From positions 8,308,001-8,372,000 of the forward strand of contig NC_043020.1 of assembly GCF_006345805.1 (NCBI RefSeq): a stretch of DNA of 64,000 bases, written 5' to 3'. Positions 40,221-53,030 of the stretch are shown here, piece by piece (within the stretch, counting starts at the first letter, position 1; the number at the start of each line of letters is the position of its first letter). The notes beneath the pieces were generated by a model. That model did no database searches. It was not told the DNA's origin and saw only the letters and a program-made list of their open reading frames with translations. A program made the translations under genes and the position numbers. The stretch comes from Octopus sinensis (Eukaryota).

Positions 40221-43200
40221 CATATATACGACAGGCTTCTTTCAGTTTCCATCTACCAAATCCACTCACAAGGCATTGGTCAGCCCGGGGCTATAGCAGA
40301 AGACACTTGCCCAAGATGCCATGCAGTGGGACTGAACCCGGAACCATGTGGTCGGTTAGCAAGCTACTTACCACACAGCCACTCCAGCGCCTATTTGTTT
40401 ATACACGTTTATTTATACCTAAGTTATTACAAGTTAACAATAATCTATATTCTTTCTCTTCCTGTCTCTCTCTCTCTCTTGTAGACAGACCTCCACATTG
40501 TGGTCAAGAAACAATTAATGAGTAACAAATTAAAGTAAGTACAGATAATTAATTAGTCACTAATTCAATATCATTGTTTTAACGTCCACTTTTTCATGTC
40601 AGCATGAGTCAGATGACTGGTGTACATTTTCACTCAGAAATTTGTTGCCTTGGAACTAATTACGTAAACCACTTTATTCTTTTTCTTGAAGGTATAAACA
40701 AAATGGAATCATTGGTGGTGTTATGTTGGTAAAGAACCTTATACCTGTCAGGTAAGTTAGTTCATTTGGATCTAGAACCTGCCTTGCATCTCTCAGGTAT
40801 GTTGTCTCTTTGGGTCTTGAACAACATGCCTGTCGAGTATGTTGTTTCAATTTGGTGAAGACTTCACACCTGTCAGGTATGTTGTATGTTGTTTTGAGTT
40901 GGTCAACATCTCACACCTGGCAGGTAAGTTGTGTAATGTTGATCAATAACCTCACATCTATCGGGTAAGTTGTGCCTTTGAGTCAACTTCACACCTGTCA
41001 GTAAATTGTTTCATGTTGGTGAAGACTTTTATATTTGTCAGGTATGTTGTGTGGTGCTGATCAACCTCTCACACCTGTCTGGTATGTTGTTCATTGAGAA
41101 CCTCGTATCTGTCAGGTGTGTTGTGTGATGTCATTTAAGCTTTCACACCTGTCAGGTAAGTTAATTCATGTGAGCCAACACTGCACAACTGACAGATAAG
41201 TTTATTCTTGTTAGTTAAGACCTGACACTTGCCAGGTATGTATTATTGTTTGAGTCAAGCCCTCACACCTGTCAGGTATATTGTGTGATGTTGGTTAAAA
41301 CCACCATTGTATTACTGGTACCAGTTTGGTGACTTGGTGTGCTTGAAAAGAATCGTCAAACCAGGTGAAATCATAATTGTGACTGGTGCCAATGGTATGT
41401 AACAGCTCCTGTGCTAACGTTTCTGCCAGCTTGCCGCCTCTTCTAATACCCCTTTTGTTGTGGCAAGACACCTGTTTCTGTCTCTATCTCTTTGTCAAAC
41501 TCTAACCTTTCATCCTCTGGCACAAGTTCCCCTCCTCAAATGCCCTGCCCCTCTCGTAATTCCTTGTATTGTGAGTTACTTGGTTACCCTGCCAGTGCTG
41601 GTGCCATGTAAAAAGCATCCAGTCCCCACTGTAAGGTGGTTGGCATTTGGAAGGGCACCCAGCTGTAAAAAATCATGCCAAAACTAACCTCACCTCTGCT
41701 AGTGCCACGTAAAAAGTACTGAGTCCACTCTGCAGAGTGGTTGGTGTTAGGAAGGGCATCCAGCTGAAAAATCCCTGCCAAAACAGACAGAATAGCCTAG
41801 GGTAATTTTTCTACCAGACCAGCTCCTGTCACAGTGATTATATATAATATATACACATATGTGTGTGTGAAGGTCCATGGCTTAGTGGTTAGGGTACCCG
41901 GCTCATGATTGTAAGGTTATGAGTTCAATCATGGCACAGGGCATCATAATCAATGGAGTGTCACTTATCTATCTATCTATCTATATATATACACACACAC
42001 GTGTGTATTTTTTCAATGTGTACAAATAACACAGAAAAAAAATAGTTACCAGGGTAGCAAAAATTCACATAAGTGCCAACGATGTTACAGCCTACTTATA
42101 AAGGTAGAAATTCCAGGGTTTAGTGAAATGTTTTTGTATGACATAGATAAATTAAGAAATGGAGTTAAACGCAGGTGTTATTCAAATCTTTATACTTCCG
42201 ACATATGTTTCGAAGAAGACATTGGTATTATTCCTAAGGGAATAAAATGATGTAAAACAATGTAATCATCTCGTCAGGGAAAAAAGAGAAACAAAACACA
42301 TCAATAATCCATTTTAACCGAATGTGATTACCACGTATATGATGGAGGGAACGCTGGCAAGTTATTTCTTTTGTTTCTCTTTTTTCCCTGATGAGATGAT
42401 TAAATTGTTATTGTTTTGCATCATTTTATTCCCTCAGGAATAAACCAACGTTTTCTTTGAAACATATGTCGGAAGTATAAATATTTGAATAACACCTACG
42501 TTTAACTCCATTTCTTTATCTATGTTATATATATATATACATATATATATATATGTGTGTGTGTGTATGTCAGTTTTGTATGTCTCAACAATTTCCTACA
42601 ATTCTTACTGTTTTTGGTAATTTTCCTCCAACAGTGCTGATAATTTGGTGACCCCTGAAAATGTAAATGATGCCATTACCCTGTTGAAATTGATGAACAC
42701 CAGCAGTCTGCAACTGGCCAGTGCTCGTGCTTTGTTCATGGACGAGCTGTCCATGGTCATCACCCACACAAAATTACATCCGAAAGTAGAGGTGAGTTCT
42801 TTGATCTAACTTCTCCAGTATTTTTGTGTCTCTTGCAGTTGTTAGTGGCAATGTCTAAATTCTTTTGTTACCATGTTTCTGTTGAGATGCTCTGTGTTTC
42901 TTTCAATTAATTTTAAATATAACAAAGAATTTAGCAAAACAACTTAATTATCATTAAGCTGGTATTAGGAACATAATTGTGACTAAGGTTTGGTGGAAGA
43001 TTTTAATTCGGAACTCTTGAAAACAAAGACATTTGTATCACAGAGGCGGTTTCAGCCAGGTTGGTATCAAAAGGGTTAAGCTGATCCTGATCAAGAAAAG
43101 ACCTGTGATCAAAGGTGTTCCATCCATGACAGTCCTGTCTTTAAATGGGAATGGTAGGCCTTGCCTTGCTTTACCTTGGGTCTTGAGAGGCGGTTGGATG

Positions 43201-46200
43201 GAACCTACACTCGCCTCCTTATGAGAGCTCAAAATCTCTCGTGGAAGTGCCATCCAACCAAAATGCAAATATATGGGAAATTACCACCTGTGTCATCTCT
43301 TGTGAAAGGTAGGAGAGTCCAGTTTGCTGGACAGTGTTGTAGAGCTGAAAAAGAAGTAATTTCTACTCTTCTCCTCTGGAAGCCATCTACTCGCAATACC
43401 AGAGGGCGCACACTCTCCTACCCTGATGTAATCTCCAGGGATACAGGCATCCAGCAACAGGACCTCCGTAATGCCATGATGGACCGTGAAGTCTGGCGTA
43501 GCATGGTAAATTCCATTGTCTCGACCACGGTCGAACAATGATGATGATGATGGGCCTTCAACTCTTGGATGCTGTCATAGGGTTGCCTTGTGTTGAGGAT
43601 TTTCACACCTGACCGTGCTTCTCTCTCTCTCTACCATTCTGATCACAATTTTTGTAGTGGAAAGAATTTATATCGGATTCTGTCTTTATTCTTCAGGAAT
43701 GGATCGAAGAGAACGTCATTGCAGACTTCCAGGACAGTTATGTGATTGATGTTCATGATGACTACTTAAAAAAGTAAGAACTACCATTACTACTACTACT
43801 ACCAACACCACTATTCTACTACTACCACCACTATTACTACTCCACCCACTATACTAACTACCCCACCACCATTATTACTACTACTACCACCACCATCACT
43901 ACTACTATCACCACCACTACCACCACCACCGCTATTACCACTACTACCATCACTACTACTACTACCACCACCACCACCACTACTACCACCACTAACTCTA
44001 CCACCACCACTATTACTACTACTGCCACTACTACTTCTTTGTTTCTGAATTCTTTTCCTTCTTTCTTCTAACTTCTGAGTTCCTTTCAAGCGCTGGGTTC
44101 TCACAGAAGCAATGGCCAAGACTTTTGCTATAATGTTGTGCTTGAGAAGAAGACCCATCAAGCCGAGCAAAATCACAGTCATGGCAGATACCGATGTCAC
44201 ACAAATGGCACCTGTACTGGTGTCATGCAAATTGGCACCCGTGCCAGTGGCATGTAAAAGCAGCCCAGTGTCACGCAAATGGCACCTGTGCTGGTGGCAC
44301 ATGAAAGCACCCATCACATTCTCTAAATGATTGGCATTAGGAAGGGCATCCAGCTGTAGAAAACCATGCCAAATCAGACTGGAGTCTGGCGCAGCCTTCC
44401 AGCATGTCAGCCCAGTTAAACCGTCCAACCTATACCAGCATGGACAATGGATGTTAAATGATGATGATGATGATTATCATTAAACTTTAGTATTTAAACC
44501 GGCTATATCCAGCCAAAATATTTAATCTGTTTTATGCTCAAACTGACCAGATCCAGGCCCTCACACCTACCCTACAATGTTATTCTACATTAAGTAATTA
44601 CACCATCAAGCTCTTGAAGATATGAGATAATACATGATTAATTCAAATCAATGGGAATCAATAAGCATTATGTTTGATTGAATAATCTGAACACTAAAGG
44701 GTTAAACAGAGAAAAAAGGAATTTCTTTTTTTTTTTTTTTTTTTTAACATAAATTCTCTCCGAAATGATTTTTACTTTGTATCCCTTTCTCTCCTCAGAC
44801 AAACTCTGCTTCCTCTGGATTTCCAATACTCCCTGGACGATGATGTCGAAGACAACGTTGCCGTGATCATCCTACCACTCTTACTCTACGGAACAGCTTC
44901 CACTTCTCCTGTCTTTGACTATGCTGAAAGGTAAAGTTCATTGTGGATCTCTGCAATTTTTGATTGATTTCCTTGTTTCTGGAAATTTCCATAGAATCAC
45001 TGAGGCTACAGTTCTATTTTACGTCTACTTTCCATGCCAGTATAGGTTATTGGGGACACAAACACACCAACACTGATTGTCAAGCAATGGGAGTGGTGAG
45101 ACAAATACAGACACACATACACACACATATATGATGGGCTTCTTTCAGTTTACCAAATACACTCCATCCGGGGGATCACCACCATCCGGCAGGGGATGGT
45201 GGTGATCCCTGCTGTACTCTTTCACCACAACTTTCTCTCACTCTTTCTTCCTGTTTCTGTTGTACCTGTATTTCAAAGGGCCGGCCTTGTCACTCTCTGT
45301 GTCACGCTGAATATCCCCGAGAACTACGTTAAGGGTGCACGTGTCTGTGGAGTGCTCAGCCACTTACACGTTAATTTCACGAGCAGGCTGTTCCGTTGAT
45401 TTGGATCAACCGGAACCCTCGTCGTCATAAACGACGGAGTGCTTCCATCCATAGGTTTTGGATAGGAATTGATATGAAGCAAGATTCTTACAGCTTGATG
45501 CTCTTCCTGTTGCTAACCCTTAACTGTTTGCTCTATTAAGTAAGGGATTTCTTTTTTATTGCACAGGTTGTAGAAAGTGCTGAACTACCTGTAGTTCAGT
45601 CAAAAAAGAAATCCCTTACTTAATAGAGCAAACAGTTAAGGGTTAGCAACAGGAAGAGCATCAAGCTGTAAGAATCTTGCTTCATATCAATTCCTATCCA
45701 AAACCTATGGATGGAAGCACTCCGTCGTTTACGACGACGAGGGTTCCGGTTGATCCAAATCAACGGAACAGCCTGCTCAGTGATTGCCACCATAAAAACA
45801 GATGTTAAATGTTGAATATATATATATGAGTAGGAGTGGCTGTGTGGTAAGTAGCTTGCTTACAAACCACATGGTTCCGGGTTCAGTTCCACTGCGTGGC
45901 ACCTTGGGCAAGTGTCTTCTACTATAGCCTCAGGCCGACCAAAGCCTTGTGAGTGGATTTGGTAGACAGAAACTGAAAGAAGCCCATCGTATATATGTAT
46001 GTGTGTGTATATATTTGTGTGTCTGTGTTTGTACCCCCAACATCGCTTGATAACCGATGCTGGTGTGTTTACGTCCCCGTAACTTAGCAGTTCGGCAAAA
46101 GAGACCGATAGAATAAGTACTAGGCTTCCAAAGAATAAGTCGCGGGGTCGATTTGCTCGACTAAAGGCGGTGCTCCAGTATGGCCACAGTCAAATGACTG

Positions 46201-49200
46201 AAACAAATAAAAGAGTATGAGTGTATTTGGTAAACTGAAAGAAGCCCATCATATATATGTGTGTGTATGTGTGTCTGTATTTGTCTCACCACTCCCATTG
46301 CTTGACAATCAGTGTTGGTGTGTTTGTGTCCCCAATAACTTAGCAGTTTGGCAAAAGTGACCAATCAAATAATTACCAGACTTAAGAAAGTAAATAAAAA
46401 CAAGGGTCAATTCATTCAGAAAAGAAATCCCAGCATGGCCACAGTCTAATGACTGCAACAAATATAAGCAAATGATACACACACATAAACATGGCATATG
46501 GCTTAGTGGTTAGGGTGTTGGACTCCTGATTGTAAGATCGTGGTTTCAATTCCTGGACTGGCTGATGCATTTTGTTCTTGAGCAAAACACTTCATTTCAC
46601 ATCGTTCCAGTCCACTCACTTGTCAAAAATGAGTAACCCTGTGATGGACTAGCATCCCATCCAGGTGGGGGTGAGGGGAATTTATACACCATAGAAACCA
46701 GGAAACCGTCCCTTATGAGCCAGTATGCCTCAAAAGGGTAACCTTACCTCTACATAAGCATACACATTCACAATGGACTTCATGTGGTTTCTGTCTCCCA
46801 TATTTCTTCACAAGACCCTGGCTCTTGTGGACTTGGGGTTTTAGGTGCAGACACTTACCCGAGATATTGTGAAGTGGGGCTGAAATTAAAATCCCACATA
46901 GTTACATCATCATCTCCATCATCAACATAATCATCATCATCCTCATCATTTGTTTCATCCGTTATTGTTTTCATCATTGTCATTCTCCTCCTTATCATCA
47001 TTATCCTTTTCTACTCTAAGCACAAGGCCCGAAATTTTTGGGGAGGGGGGCCCAGTCAATTAGATTGACCCCAGTACACGACTGGTACTTAATTTATTGA
47101 TCCTGAAAGGATGAAAGGCAAAGCCGACCTCGGCGGAATTTGAACTCAGAACATAAAGACAGACGAAATACTGCTAAGCATTTAACCCAGCGTGCTAACG
47201 CTTCTGTCAGCTCGCCACCTTTATTATTAGTGTCATCACTATTAGTGTCATCACTGAAGGTGGCAAGCTGGCAGAATCATTAACGTGTCCAACAAAATGC
47301 TTAGCAGTATTTTGTCTGCCGCTACGTTCTGAGTTCAAATTCCGCCGAGGTCAACTTAGCCTTTCATCCATTTGTCTGTCCTTGTTTGTCCCCTCTATGT
47401 TTAGCCCCTTGTGGGTAGTAAAGAAATAAGAATCACTAACGTGTTGGACAAAATGCTCAGTGGTATTCCATCTGTCTTGTGTTCCGAGTTCAAATTCTGC
47501 CCACGTCAACTTTACCTTTTGTCCTTTTGGGGTCAATGAAATAAATGCTAGTTGCACACTGGGGTCAGTGTCCTTGACTTACCCCTGTCCCCAAAAACAA
47601 TCAAGCCTCACACCTATAATAGAAAGGGTCTTTATTGTCATCCCTGCTTCTTCATTATCTTCATTGCTGTTGTCATTATTAACTAAAGTCATCCCTCTTT
47701 CTTTCTTTTGTATATCCTTTGTAGTAGCCTGTCATCTCCCTTGTGTCTCGTGCCCACCCTTCGTCTCCTTGGAGTCCAACAGTTACAGAAAAACAATAAC
47801 CTTGACGACATCATGGCCTTATTAGGTAAGGGAGGAGGATTTTGAAATTTCAACATTTTGTAATTCCTATTTTTGTTGTTACCATTTTTTAAAAGCCTTT
47901 GTTAATTATAGTTTGTCTTCTTGGAATCACTTTTTTCGTGGGAATTACTGTTTATTATGATGTTTAATGCTAATGAAACAGCTGTTGAGCACATGAATTA
48001 CTTGTCACCTTAGGCAAGTGTCTTCTACAAAACTCCAGGTTGACCGATGCTTTGTGAGTGAATTAGATGGATATATATATATATATATACACTTTATTAA
48101 AAAGCATAAAAATATCACAAAAACTGTTACTCAGAGTATCACATTCCTGTTCGTCAGACAAAGCAAAACTGTCCGATGAGCAAGAATGTGAAACTCTGAG
48201 TAACAGTTTTTTGTGATATTTTTGCTGTTTTTATTAAAGCATGTTACTCTACCTCTGGTATTCGAGTACTATTTTACCACCTTGTTTCGCATTTATGTGC
48301 TTACTCTTGTATATATATATATGTATATATATATATAATCGATTGCACATACTTAATGTACAAGGTATGAGTATTTGTCGGTAAGCTGTGATTTGGTATG
48401 GGAAGATTACTCTCTCAAAGCACTGGGAGTTAAAACACCTGAAAGTCATGGACAGGTGAGACACCCCAAATCCCATTCAGGAGTGATGGCAGTTGATATT
48501 TCGCTGTTTTGGGGATGTTAATCATCATCATCATCATCATCATCATTTAATGTCCGTTGTCCATGCTGGCATGGGTTGGATGATTTGACCTAAGCTGGTA
48601 GGCTGCACCAGACTGCAGTCTGATTTGGTATGGTTTTCTACAGCTGGATGCCCTTCCTACTGCCAACCACTCTAACAGTGTAATAGGTATTTTTATGTGC
48701 CATTGGCACAGGTGCCATTTGCGTGACACCCGTATCTGCCATGGCTGCAATTTTGCTTGGCTTGATGGATCTTCTTCCTAAGCAGAATATAATGCCAAAG
48801 GTCTGTCGTTGCCTGCGTGAGGCCCAATGCTCGAGAGGAACTTGGCCACTTTGTCTCCATGAGGCCCGACACATGAAAGGAGCTCAGCCACTTTACCTCT
48901 ATGAGGCCCTACGCGTGAAAGGTTCTCTTTACGGTGCCAGTTACACAACACCAGCATCGGTACTGCCAAATACACAAAGCATATACATCGAGTATGTGTG
49001 ATCGATAATGTTTATTACACTCGCGCCCCTGCTTCTGTTTCATATTTGAATATATGTGTAGGCGCGGGCATGGCTGTGTGGTTAGGGAGCTTGCTTCCCA
49101 GCTTCATGGTTTCGAGTTCAGTCCCACTGCGTGGCACTTTGGCCAGGTGTCTTCTACCAAAGCCCCAAGCCGACCAAAGCTTTGCGATTGAATTCGGTAG

Positions 49201-52200
49201 GCGGAAGTTACTGCTGTGTGTCTGTGTGCGTGTAGGTGCTCAGTGCCTCTCCGAAAAAGAGAGAGAGGGGGGGTGTCTTTGTGCTTGTTTACTTCCCTGT
49301 AACTTCGCGGTTCAGCAAGAAGGTACCAATAGAATAAGTATCAGCCTGGAAAATAAATACTGGGATTGATTTGTTCGACTAAACCCTACAAGGTAGTACT
49401 CCAGCATGGCCGCAGTCCAGTGATTGAATCAAGTCAAAGTTAACCTCTGTATGTGAAATACATGAATTTCCTGCTTTGCCTCCTAAATATTTCGTTTTTG
49501 GGATTTGGTTTGCAAGATTCTTTATGTGAGTTCGTGTGTTGAAGCAAATTTTTCGTTGAGTCTTGTAACCTTTTCAATAGTCTTGACTATTGAAATTGAA
49601 AAGGTTGCAAGACGCAACGAAAAATTTTATGGAAAATAAAAATAAGAAATAAGTGGAAATTTTACCGGTGAGTGTGTTACATTATAAGGCACAAAAAGAA
49701 AATGACTCTCCCCTGACACAACAGAACTTCTAAATAGTGTTTAGAACGAAATGTAAGGGAGATAACTCTAATCCGATTTTTAATACGTGATATCACGAAG
49801 AAAGATAACTCTAGCCCTCATAATCTCTATCTCTCTCTTACCCTTTGTCTTATTGGGAGATAACTCTAATCTATTAAGTGCAAAACGAAATTGCTATTCT
49901 TCGTCTGAACACAGAAATTAGGATAACAAGCATTCCTGATCCTTTATCTTTTACTTGTTTCAGTCTTTGTAATGCGGCAATGCTAGAACACCGCCTTGAA
50001 GAGATTTTAGTTGGTCAAATTTTTCCTTTTTTAAAGCCTGGTACTTATTCTATCGTCGTCTTTTGCCGAACTGCTAAGTTATGGGGATGTAAACAAACCA
50101 ACACCGATTAAGTGGTGATGGGGTGAAACACATACACACACACACACCTCGATATATATATCATCCAATCCATGCCAGCATGAAAAACAGACATTAAATG
50201 ATGATGATGATGATACATGGTTCTGGGTTCAGTCCCACTGCATGACACCTTGGGAAAGTGTCTTCTGCTATAGTCTTGGGCCAACCAAAGCCTTGTGAGT
50301 GGATTTGGTAGGCGGAAACTGGAAGAAGTTTTTCACCTACCACTACTTAACAACCAGTGTCGGTGTGTTTACATTCCTGTAACTTAGCAATTCAGCAAAA
50401 GAGAATGATAGAATAAGGACCAGGCTTAAAATGAATGAGTACAGGGGTTAATTTGTTCAACAAAAGTTGTTCAAGGTGGTGCCCCAGCAGGGCCACAGTC
50501 TAATGACAGATACAAGTAAGAGATGAGAGATAAGAAAATCCTAGTTCAAGGAAGATTTGGGTACTATTTCTAGCAATTCAAACTTCCACATGGAGGATCA
50601 TTCCCGAGCTCATGGCACTACATTTCAAAGTTTGATGAGCAAAAGGAGTGATTTTTTTTTTCCTCTTCTGTCCACCCACGATGAAGGTCATCTGAGATTG
50701 TTTGTCTATTCTAGGTTGTCCATTGTGTGTGACAACATCCCAGGTCATTGAGAAAATCGAGACATTGCCATCCGCAGAGAAAGAAATCCTATGCTCCTCT
50801 TTGTTCTACACCCTGAATTGGTTCCGTGAGGTGAGTGTTGATCCTTTTATTTTAATCAACCCTGTCTCTTCTTAGCACTCTCCGTCGGTTACGACGATGA
50901 GGGTTCCGGTTGATCTGAATCAACGGAACAGCCTGCTCGTGAAATTAACGTGTAAGTGACTGAGCACTCCACAGACACGTGTACCCTTAACGTAGTTCTC
51001 GGGGATATTCAGCGTGACACAGAGAGTGACAAGGCCGGCCCCTTTAAATACAGGTACAACAGAAACAGGAAATAAGAGTGAGAGAAAGTTGTGGTGAAAG
51101 AGTACAGCAGGGATCACCACCATCCCCTGCCGGAGCCTTGTGGAGCTTTTAGGTGTTTTCGCTCAATAAACACTCACAACACCCGGTCTGGGAATCGAAA
51201 CCGCGATCCTATGACCGCGAGTCTGCTGCCCTAACCACTGGGCCATTGCGCCTCCACAATCAACCCTGTAAAGTGGTTGGCATTAGGAAGGACAACAAAC
51301 TAGGCCTTGGGCAGAATTTGATCACAGGATGTAAAGACAGACAAAATACCCATGTCCAGTGTGCTAACAATTCAGCCAACCCACACCTTAATAATAATAA
51401 TAATAATCCTTTCTACTGAAGGTACAAGGCCTGAAATTGGGGGTGAGGGGACTAGTTGATTACATCAACCCCAGTGTTTCACTGGTACTTAATTCGTTGA
51501 CCCCAAAAGGATGAAAGGCAAAGTTGACCTCAGCAGAATTTGAACTCAGAATAGGAAGATGGTTGACTATAATAATAATAATAATAACAATGGTTTCTGA
51601 TTCAGAGACAAGACCAGCAGTTTTGCGGATCAGAGATTGGTCAATAACCATCAACTGCAGGATTGTAACTGGTGCTTCAAAAGGGATGAGAGACAAAGTT
51701 GACTTTAGTTGGATTTGAACTCAGGCCATAAAGAGATGGAATGAATACTGTAAGGCACTTCTACCGACACCCAAACTATTCTGCTAATCCACCACCCTTA
51801 TCTAAGAACTAATAACGGTTTCTGATTTCAGCTGAAGGCCAGTTATTTTCAGGGGAGCGTGTTAGTCAGGGTCATCAACCCCAGAGATGAACTTGTCTGG
51901 GGTTTCCTTTTATCGACAGTACACCCCACCACTTGCTGGTTCAATGTGAAAAAACCAGTTGAATAGAGTACTGTACTTGAAAATGAGAGTTGGCATCAGA
52001 AACGATGTCTGGCAGTAGAGCAGTTCTTTTTGTGGCCTCTACAACACTGTATATCACAGATTCTTCTTCTTACCCCCCCCCCCTCTCTCTCTCTCAGTCT
52101 GTCTCTTAATCTATCTCTTTGTCTCTCTCTCTCTCCTTACAGATCATCAATCTATTCAGCACCCAGAGTGATCCGGAAGTTTCAGGCAAAGTTATCTTAA

Positions 52201-52993
52201 GGTTGAAGAACATCACAGAGACACAAGAACTTCTGGTGAAATGTCTGGCTGGTAAGTAGACAGAACTGCTGAACAAAGGTAGCACATGTAGCTTATTGTC
52301 ATGGCAATTCTCAATAAGCTCCAGCTGAGTTCATCAAATGATCAAAGGCAATCTAGCCATGACCACCCCATGTTATAATATTTCTAGGACTTTATTTCGG
52401 TCAATGTTATATTCTAGTGATTTTGCTGTGAATGTGTGCAGAAATGTTGCATTATGTGTAAATTTTGCATTTCTTTACAAAGCATGTGTGCATCTATGCA
52501 AGTAATCATTTTTCAAATATTTTTAATTAAAAAGGATCTTGATTTCATCTAGAAAATGCTCTGTGTTTGCACATGCATTTTCTATTGTCATAAAACATCT
52601 GTCTTAGTGATGATGAAGGATGTGATGGGAGGGTAAAGATCCCCCACCCAGGGTCACTATTGTTGTTTATCTCTCATCTGTTTCTGTGTTCCTTGCAGCA
52701 ACTCCTGGTTATGTCCCACCCATAACCTGCTTTGACACCGATGAAGCACCTGCTGTGGTCTCTGCTTCCAAATCTGCATCGGCAGCAGCAACTGGCACAG
52801 CATCAACATCAACAACTAATGGCAGCAAACGGGCTAAGAAAAGGTAAAGGAATGCAGTTGATCTTTTCATTGATATACATTGCATGCATGTGTGTGTGTG
52901 CGTGTGTGTGTATGTGGCTGCATTTATGCAGGGCTGGATTAAGACCCTTAAGAGCCCAAAGTACTTAAAAGATTTTAATGCCCCTATATATGC

Positions 52994-53030
<37 letters not shown>

